64,000 nucleotides of DNA, from assembly GCA_012295275.1 (NCBI GenBank), contig CM022670.1, positions 12,834,001 through 12,898,000 on the forward strand. Reading direction: 5' to 3'. Made by a program: the position numbers and the translations under genes. Numbering within the stretch: position 1 is the stretch's first letter; every line of letters starts with the position of its first letter. This document shows positions 54,910-64,000 of the stretch, piece by piece. This DNA is from Chrysomallon squamiferum (taxonomy: Eukaryota > Animalia > Mollusca). The notes under the pieces are model-generated. The model made no database searches. It was given only the letters and a program-made list of their open reading frames with translations, and was not told the DNA's origin.

Positions 54910-57900
54910 GTAGGTTCACAAAGTCTGAAATGTGCATTCAGTTATTGCTCTTAAATTTTTGTGATACCAAAAAAAAATATAATTTCTAATGTTAGGAAAT
55001 CCACTGATTGGTTTTGCAAACTGTTTTGATTGTAAAGATGTCATGATGATTATCAATAAAAAGTAGTAAATTTGTCATTATATCTTTATTTCTTTTTACA
55101 TTTATATTTCTGTGCCTAACAGTTTGTCTCTTTCTCTTTTTCATCTTTTTTTTTTTTTTTAATATATTTTGGAGTTAGATGTACATTATTGCAGGTCTGA
55201 GGCATTATCAGTCCTCTGTGCATTCAGCTATTTCCATTTCAAGTCAGGGTCCTTCATGTTATATACAATCCCATTTTTATTCCAGGATATAATAAAATGT
55301 TGACATAAAAATTGACAGTCTGGATATATACTTTTTAGTTATTGGTGTTTGACATTTTATCAAAATATAAAACTTTCTACAAGATTGTAAATAAGGTATA
55401 TATATATATATTACATGTTTGCACCTGTTTTCAGTCCATTCTATGCACACCAGTAAAAGATAGCAGAAAATTTCACAGATTTTGGTTTTTAAAATTATAT
55501 TAACTATATTCAGTTAATGCTTCTTGATTAGATAAAATAATCGGTTACGCCTATCTTGATTTCCTTCTTGCTTTTTTCCTTTTCCTTCCTTGCTTTTTCT
55601 TTCATTTCTTTAATTCATTTCTTTTTTCTCTATAATTTTGTTTTTCTTTCACTGATTATGTTGTTGCATTTGTCAGATAAAATATGAATTAGCAGGAATG
55701 CTACAGATAACATAATAATATTTTTTGAAAAGTCTGTGTAAAAAATGAAATACATTTAAGCCATTAACAATGTTGAATTTTTTTCCTGCAAATTTATTAC
55801 ATAATTGATGAATAATGAAGAACAATAAATAAATAATTAATTTAAAAACGTAACTAAAATTATGATAACCCTGAAAAATGAATTAAGGAAGTGTAATTGG
55901 GTGAAAGCCCAACATCTTTCATATTCTGATAAGGTCCTAATATTGTAATAAAACAGAAACTTTTTTTTAATTTGGAAATGCACAACACAACTGCAAGTCT
56001 GTATTAGAAGAAACTATTTCATCTCTTTCATTTACTGCATTTTCTTTTAGTGAAAATAGTGGTTCAAATGCTATCGTTATTTTTATTCTTTTAGTTTCAT
56101 TTGATGTTTAAAAAAATCCATTCCTTTCTGGTTTAAATTACAGGGTTAGAAGTAAAATCTTTTGCCTTAAATGTGATCATTGTTTCTATCATTTTCTATC
56201 CAAGCAAATTTTTCAAATAACGCTATTTCAAAAAGCAGTGGGAAATGCTGTCTTGTGTAGGTATAATAAATTTTCATTTAGATTAATTTGTTTTAAAGAG
56301 ATTTCTGCTGAATTTAACCAGTAATATTTTAATGTTATATCACAGATGAAAGTTAGGAAATCAGTAAGTATTTGTGGAAAAAATTGCTGAACCAGTTGTA
56401 TGCTCTATGTATGTAGTTATATGTGTAAGAGCAAGTTAGGAAAAAAAACAGATATGAATAAATAAATAAATTTTAAATGATCTTGTGCTTTTTGAAAGTC
56501 TTATTTTTAATACCACAGTTTTCAGTACTTCAGTGACTGTTGTATCAGCAGTTTCATTGTTCTGGATTTTTGCCAGTAACACAAGAATTATTTCTGAATA
56601 AAAAGTTCTCAACACAATTTGAGAATACAGTTCTTACTTATAAATCTTCAATAATGATACTGGTAATAAAAATTTTGTGTCTTAAAATAAATAAATAAAA
56701 TGAAAACAAATAAATAAAAAATTCAGCTTAATATTCAAAGAGTAAATAAAATAAATGATATTAAAATATATATATATAACATAACTTTTTTCATTCTTTT
56801 GTTTTTGACCTATAAATAAACACATTAAAGAAACTTAAAATTCCCTCTGCAGAACCATTTTTTTTTTTTTTTTTTTTTTTTTATATTATAAATAAACAAT
56901 CCTTGTCCAAAAATAAATAAATAAATAAAATTCCTAAGTCCCTGAATAGTAACTGAGAAAGATGAGTAAAACAGAAATTGGCTCTTAAGTGATTGGAATG
57001 TGTTAAAAAAAAATAATTTATACAAGTAAATACCTCTCTGAACTAAGTAACAAATAACATGTGTATTTATCATCATCATCTGACTGGCCAGAGTTGTGTT
57101 GTTCTTCACTGAAAATACGGTGTTTGGATGGACAAGTGATGACTGAGAAGATCTAGGAGAAAGCAGCCAGAAGTCTGGAAAATCTTCCTGGTGGCACCTG
57201 GCCACAGACAGAGAAAAACTAAAGTTGGTTTTAACATGCAGTAAATTCTGTTTTTGGTGTTCTTATCAGTACATTTAAAAATTCTGTTTTGACAGAAAAT
57301 TATCAGTGTTGTTTAAAATTGTGAATCTTTGCAAGTTTTATGAATCATTCTGGGTAGTTGTTTACATTATACATGTCTCAGGTAATAATTATTATCCCAT
57401 AAAAAAAATCAAAATGATATTTTATTCCATATTCATTTTTTTTCATTTGGAGATGGCTGTTGCTTAAAGGTAGTGTTTGCTTGATTAGCAAAGAATTAGT
57501 TTGTCTTAGTATACAAGTTGCACTATTATCATCTATAGCCATATGCCTCTTACTTACCAAAGGTCATGGTCCTTTCCAGTCTCCGAAAGGGTAGAACCAT
57601 TAACAACAGGCTATCAGATAATGGCACCAAGATTCATCTTTTATATATACCATGATAATCACAATTGCAACAGTATTGTTTAACTGAATGTTCAGGTATT
57701 AATTTTTTACTACTACTAATAATAATGTTTTCTTTATTATTTGTCTACAGTTTGACTCTTGATAAAAAAAAAAAAGGTTACTTCAAATATTTGCAATTTT
57801 CTTATCTCTGTTTTGTGAAGCAGATAAGATTTTTTGCCATCTTTTAATTAGTTTATTTGTTCATTCACATGAACATCTGAAATAGGATAAGTGGAAATAT

Positions 57901-58119
57901 ATTTTATCATATGAGTTCTAAACAAACACAGTATGGCAGGTGACTATCTTTGTTAGGATACAAATTTCCCATTTTAAATTCAGAGCCCCCAGCTTTTATT
58001 CTACTTATTAACATTTCCTCAGCATAAGGTACATACTTTGAGCATCTCGGGTAATTTGTGCCATGTGTACAGCTGATGAGAAAAGGCATGTTGATTATCA
58101 GAGTTCATGCAGGTGGGAT

Positions 58120-58790
58120 TCTGTTGTAGAAGAATTGTATACACCCAATACTAAGTCATAAAAACTGGCATTTCTAGTTACCTTTTATCTGCAGTAGATA
58201 AACTTTTGTGATATCTTTGTTGTCCACATGCAGGAGGTGGTATTGTTTGATGGCTTCTATCACCAGTGTGCATTAAATTACTGTTGTTATTAGCCTGTTG
58301 AAGAATAGTATACGTAATACTAAGTAACAGAAACTGGCATTTCTCGTTACTTTACACTGTGGTAGAGAGCCATACAGTGGTTGTATTGTCAAGAAACAAT
58401 AGTGCATTGACACAAAGTAGTCTATCATTCTTCATTAAATAACTGTTATTACTGGCTTATTAGAAAAATTTGAAGAATTGCATTTTTTTTTTTTTTTTTT
58501 TTTTTTTAAATACATGAACTGTATATATACTGTCCAGATATAGAGTTGGTATTGTCTATGTTGGCTTCACAATCAGCATTAAATTACTGTTGTTATTGGC
58601 CTCTTAGAGCATGTTGAAGAATCTTGTATACAATTGCTCCATCACAGAAACTGGCAAGTGTAGTTATCTGGAACAGATAACAATATGTGATATTATTGTT
58701 ATCCAGAAATAGCTATTGGTATTGGTGATTGTCTTTACCAGTTTCTGTTAAACAACTGTAGCTGTTGGCCAGTTAAAGCATGTTGATTGG
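58120..58790. repeat. Old diverged tandem array, about 4 units of 145-170 bp
   Basis: CATTAAAT(T/A)ACTGTT recurs near 58271, 58433 and 58577 with a variant near 58747. AAACTGGCA recurs near 58162, 58331 and 58648. Confidence 0.75.
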
Positions 58791-59471
58791 CACAGGGATG
58801 TTTATTGTTTGAAAGCCTTGCACACATTAGCTCATAATTTCCACTAAATTGGAATGATTTGGTGTGGAAAGGAAACCAGTACCAGACAATCACTTTATCA
58901 GTCTAGCTTGTGTATTGTTTATTTTACTTTATTTTCTCTTTATCTCACTGCAGCAGTAAGGCCATTTGCCAAAAATGCTTTTCCATGATAAAATGATTTT
59001 CAATTATTGGTGTTTATTTCCCTACCATTCTTTTTTCCATTTTCCTGAAGGAAATGAGTAAACGTATAATTATGTCTAGTTTGGAATATCGAAATTCGTT
59101 TGTAAATAGACGTCAGTTCTCTAAACATTAAAACTGATACAATCTTTTTGTAGATTGCAAGACATGCATAGTCTATTTATAGTTCTTCAGAAGCTATCAC
59201 ATGCAAACAAGCTTTAAATAACTTCTATTGCATAACAGCATTTTCTTTTTTTATTAGGTTATTTATCTGTATATATTTCCAGAAACAGACTTTCAACACT
59301 GTTAAACTGTGTATCAGTATAGAATTTCAAGATTATAATTACCTGCATGTTACAACTGTTCTACTTCCTTTCTTTATTACTTTCATTATTTCTGGCTGTT
59401 ATGTTTGTTCTTGTTTTTTTTTTTTTTTTCTCTCACACAAAAGAGACACATACACACATACACACATGCAT

Positions 59472-59507
<36 letters not shown>

Positions 59508-59858
59508 ATGCTTGTTTATTAAATTTTGATAGTTTTATTATTTCTGTCTGAAATTTAAATCATTTTAAAAAATGAAATATATTCATACTGACATTAAGTG
59601 TTTCAAATGTTTCAAATTATTCTTTAATTTATTCTAATAATATAATTACAACAATCTTGTTTGACATTTAATTAAAATATTTTGTGGGCATTTTTATTCA
59701 TTTCTCTGAATTAATGGCATTGTTATGATGGCATTAACAAAGTTGTGTAAGGACATTTTTGTTTTTTAATAATGATGATGATGATGATGATGATGAAAAA
59801 AAAAAAGAAGAAAAAAAATTCCAGTGGGGGAAAAAGTACATCTAGCTACAGTACAAAC

Positions 59859-60058
59859 AACCTAATATTACTGAGTAATGATATGGAGACATTTTTTTTT
59901 TAATTATTATTGTTCTTTGTATGGTTATTGTTATTATAATTATTAATTATAATAATAATAATAATAATATTTTTTTTCAATAACCTAATATTACTGAGTA
60001 ATGATATGGAGAATTTTTTTTAAGTATTATTTTTATTGTCATTCTTGTTCTTTGTATG

Positions 60059-60070
<12 letters not shown>
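59859..60070. repeat. Tandem duplication with a period of about 123 bp
   Basis: AACCTAATATTACTGAGTAATGATATGGAGA...TTGTTCTTTGTATGGTTATT occurs at about 59859 and 59982. Confidence 0.9.
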
Positions 60071-60104
<34 letters not shown>

Positions 60105-61912
60105 TTATTTTCAATAATACTAATTTGTAATGTGAAACTTTCTGTCTGTGTGTGTGTGTGTGTCTCTCAAATACACACAAAGTGACAAACACACAGACAT
60201 AATACTATCACATACATATGCAAACATGTTTTGTAACATTTACAAAATTTCTTTGATATTTATCTACTTTAAACTTTACATGTATTTTGGGATACATTTT
60301 TTTTCCTTCCTGAATAATTAAGCTATGATAAAATCTTTATAGAAATAATTAACTATGAGCAGTGTAATGCACACTTGCAGATGACAGATATAAACAATAC
60401 ACACCTTTCTGAAGTACATCATTGTAGAGTTTGGTTAGAATCTTTATACATACATAAACAAATGGAAACATTAACAAAAACACCTTCATGAGGAAGATAG
60501 TGTGGTAAGACTCTTTGACCAGATTATAAACAAAAGAGAAATAATTAAATGGGAGTTTACAAAACCTGCCATAGGGCTATCTGAACTTCACTGAAATTAT
60601 GAAGTGTTCTCCAGATTTTGTATATATATATAACATTTCTGACTCTTCATTCTGACATCTGGAAGTTGACTCAACCTGCATTTCACCTTAGAAAATTATA
60701 TTTGTATCAGGGGGAGTTGAAACAACACAATGGTTTTCCGTTCTGGTGGAATTGCTTCTGTTTTTTGTTTCGAGGGTGTTATGTAACATGCTAGGATACA
60801 TGGCTCTGAGAGGCATATTTTAAATTGGATTCTATTCTGGATTTTAAGAAAGAAATGAAATTATTATGTAACATGTGATAATTATTAGGTGAAGTGGGAT
60901 TCAAAACAAAGCAATCAAAAATACATCCTAATACTAGTAATAGCATTTCTTTTTCCTTTTTCTTTTCTTCTTCTTCTTTTTTCTTCTTTTTCTTCTTCTT
61001 TTGAGTTACGTAACATTCTATGATAACAACTAGTGCTTCAGAAATGTGATAACACCTCATGGGAATCCTCAAAAAGATTATGACTTGTTTGTGAACTTTT
61101 TCTCATTCAGAAAGCAGATAGTAGGTGAGGCAGATAAATAGATGAGTTTTCTGGTGCTTGGGAGGAAAATTACACTACTACTGTTATACAATATATTCAA
61201 GTGAAACATTTGAATCTGGACATCTTTTGTGTTATTGATTTACAATACAAGGTGAACCAATACCTTTCACAAACAATTTGGAGTATTAATATTCCTAAAA
61301 GATAATTTTGTATTAATTGTATCAAAAATACAAGTGGTAAACTTGTCTTTAAACATATCATTTTTTATTCCTTTCACAAAAGGAACAGTTGATTTACTAC
61401 ATAATAAAAAGTAATTACATATCTTAAAAAAAAAAAAAAAAAAAAAAATTTAGGACTGTTCAAAATCCCAGTGGAACAATTCATTTCATTTTTGGATAAT
61501 TCTTCTTTTTTCTGTTTCATTTGTTTTTGGATGCAATTAAACATTCATTGATTTCAAGAAGAAAACATTATCTACAGAATTAAAAAAAATTATCTGTTTT
61601 AAAAATAATATTCCTGTATGATTATTACAAATACTAGTGAATGAATTTTATGAAATAATATTTCACAAAGAAATTTGCTTTGGAATATTCTAAATATTCA
61701 GCTGTATATACTGGATTTTTCAAAGTTACGGCTTATAATTTGTTAAGATAATTCCTTAGATTATTTGAAGAATATTAAAAAAACAAAATCAATTTCAAAA
61801 TCTAAATATTATTAAACATATTAATAACATTCTGTTTTAAAAAGTCATTTGAACCTCATATTTGAATAACTGAATTTCTAGTTTTGTGAAATGTTTTCAT
61901 AACATATCAAAA

Positions 61913-62299
61913 ATGACAGATAATGTCACCTGCCCAGTGAAAAAACTTGCTCGCTTAGTAATTAAACGAAATATTCAAAATGCTCAAACAAACCCAAACA
62001 AAAATGTTCATGAAAGTGCCAAAAATACATCTTTATTTCATACAAGAGTTCAGCCTCATTTGTTACCACCATCTTACCAAAGTTCAGTATCTTCCTCCCA
62101 AGCATCAAGAGGGTCAAGGTCATTTGATATGCCTTCTCCACCAATTCCTCACTCCCAGGAGGCCTCTACTAATCCCTGTGATAGGTGCAGGTGTGATTTC
62201 TGTTGTCTATGTTCATCTAAGGCCACAAGACTTATGAAGAAAAGATACTGGAGCACACCTCAGTTTCGACTTAATGTTTGTATTGGGCTTAATGAGAAG
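61913..62299 (+). CDS. shot: Candidate alternative first coding exon D for a CH1-less isoform (129 aa, MTDNVTCPVKK...CDRCRCDFCCLC...CIGLNEK)
   Basis: Longest ORF in the track and non-repetitive. AAAATGA start, Ser/Pro-rich middle. A consensus phase-0 donor AAG|GTAAGA falls three codons before the ORF stop. Confidence 0.62.
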
Positions 62300-63742
62300 G
62301 TAAGATCATAGTGTCCAGTTTCATTAAAGGTAGAGATATTTTCTTTATTTTCATACTTTTTTAAATTTGGTATAAAGAAATTATATTTATTGTGTGTTAT
62401 TTTTTTACTCATTTATTAATTTCTTTCTTGTGCTTTGTGAAAAATCACTGTGATACTGAACTTCATATAACTCTGACCTAAAAGGTTGAGGTCATGAAAG
62501 AATAAAATATTAATGTTAAAATAATGAGAATCTGCATGACAACTAAAGTCCACAAAAGAATATGTTGAGTTTATCGCAGATTTTACAGTCTTGGGCTCAA
62601 CTTCATAAAACTAAGAAATAAATGTAGATTTATATTAAAAATAATTTTGTCATTTAAATCAGTTTCATTTAAAAATAATTATTAATTATTTATTTATTTA
62701 ATTTTACTTTACTTAATCTTTAATGTATTGAAACCCTATTATATATATATATATTATGATCTGAATGAAAGGAAAAAAAATGTTTTTAATTGGCTTGTCC
62801 ACTTAACACATTTGTAATCTTCTTTTATATTGTATCACAACCAAGGTTAATGTATGAACAAGTAATGGAAAAAAGTAACATGCTTTTGCCGTAAGATGGG
62901 ATATACTTTATCATTAGTAGCACTATAAACACAGTTTTTGATAAACCACTGAAGCATTGGCAGTTATGAAAACAGAACAGATTAGTGGTAAAAGTTTCCA
63001 TCTGATACAAGTGCATTCTTCATCCAGTTTACATCAGGTATCATCCAAAGATTATGTTGAGAAATGTCTGACATCCAATAAACCTCAGCTTTATGAAATA
63101 ATAAAGCATAAAGTAATTTCACATACAACCATTAAAGCAGATTTAAAGCTAATAAAGAGATGCAAGTTTTAGTTTGTGCAGGTTAAGTTAGTTAAATGTC
63201 TGTTTAGACAGGTCAGTTTATACTTGTTCAGGTTCAGCTCCCCTGCTTCCTTTTGATACTGAAGTGCAGGTTGTGCCAAGGTACATACAGTCTGTTTAAA
63301 GCACAGCCAGCTTGTGTTTGTTTTCCTCATTCTACACAAATTATAACAACTTCATGTCTCATTTGCTTTGTGCACGCTGTATTGAGAGAGAAAACACAGA
63401 ATTTATTTTGTGAATTAACCCTTACAGTTCAATAAAAAAAACTTTTAATTTTTTTTTTATGATTTTTAAAGAAAGACATGACATCCTTTCTTGAAAGTGC
63501 ATTAAGTGGAGATTTAAAATTAATTACTAGTTGTATTTAGTTGTTTGCTTGTTTGTTTGTTTATTTATTTATGATCATTTTAATATTAGTCATTAAAAAA
63601 AATGTACTCTTATAAACTTAAATTGGCATGATTGAGTTGTCAGTCTGTCACTGTATTTGACCAGTAATTTATTCTTAAGTCAGTTCTTGTGTGTTTTATC
63701 TAAAGACAACTGGAATCAATCATTACTAACTATAATTACTTC

Positions 63743-63777
<35 letters not shown>

Positions 63778-64000
63778 CATTCTGTTAATTTTTCCTTGTT
63801 CAAAGAATATTTGGTGATGAAAACCATGCAAAATAATGAACATTAAATTAAATATTCTTATAAGTGTTGTGACATACTACTGTTATTACACACTTGACAG
63901 GGTGTTACTGTTGTAAGGATTAATTAACCTAGGAGCAGAACATTTTCTCACAGGAAGATGTTAACAGATCTCTCTGGTTTACTTCAGTAGCTGATTATAA

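Noticed and set aside
62966-63037. Another possible phase-0 first exon (MKTEQISGKSFHLIQVHSSSSLHQ)
   Set aside because: Weak donor (GTATCA), no promoter or CpG support and no homology. Chance is likely.

Overview
AT-rich, microsatellite-rich animal genomic DNA. An invertebrate, possibly lophotrochozoan, origin is an inference from composition only. Most of the window is the 5' part of one large + strand gene encoding a spectraplakin (Short stop/shot, MACF1, dystonin, plectin family). Four GT-AG exons of 62, 90, 78 and 93 nt splice in frame to give the complete first calponin-homology domain (CH1): [21 protein letters not shown] / [30 protein letters not shown] / [26 protein letters not shown] / [32 protein letters not shown] see two, possibly three, alternative phase-1 N-terminal exons upstream of CH1. 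Two candidate phase-0 first exons lie downstream and would give CH1-less isoforms. An 18-nt microexon (HWRFSQ) is hidden in a 25.6-kb intron at the position of vertebrate plectin exon 2-alpha. I found no CH2 exon, so the gene continues past the window. Almost all ORFs in the supplied track are low-complexity artefacts. Other content: minisatellites, a 90-bp palindrome, decayed coding-like relics, and a clear drop in CpG density inside the gene body. All calls were made by eye with no database search.
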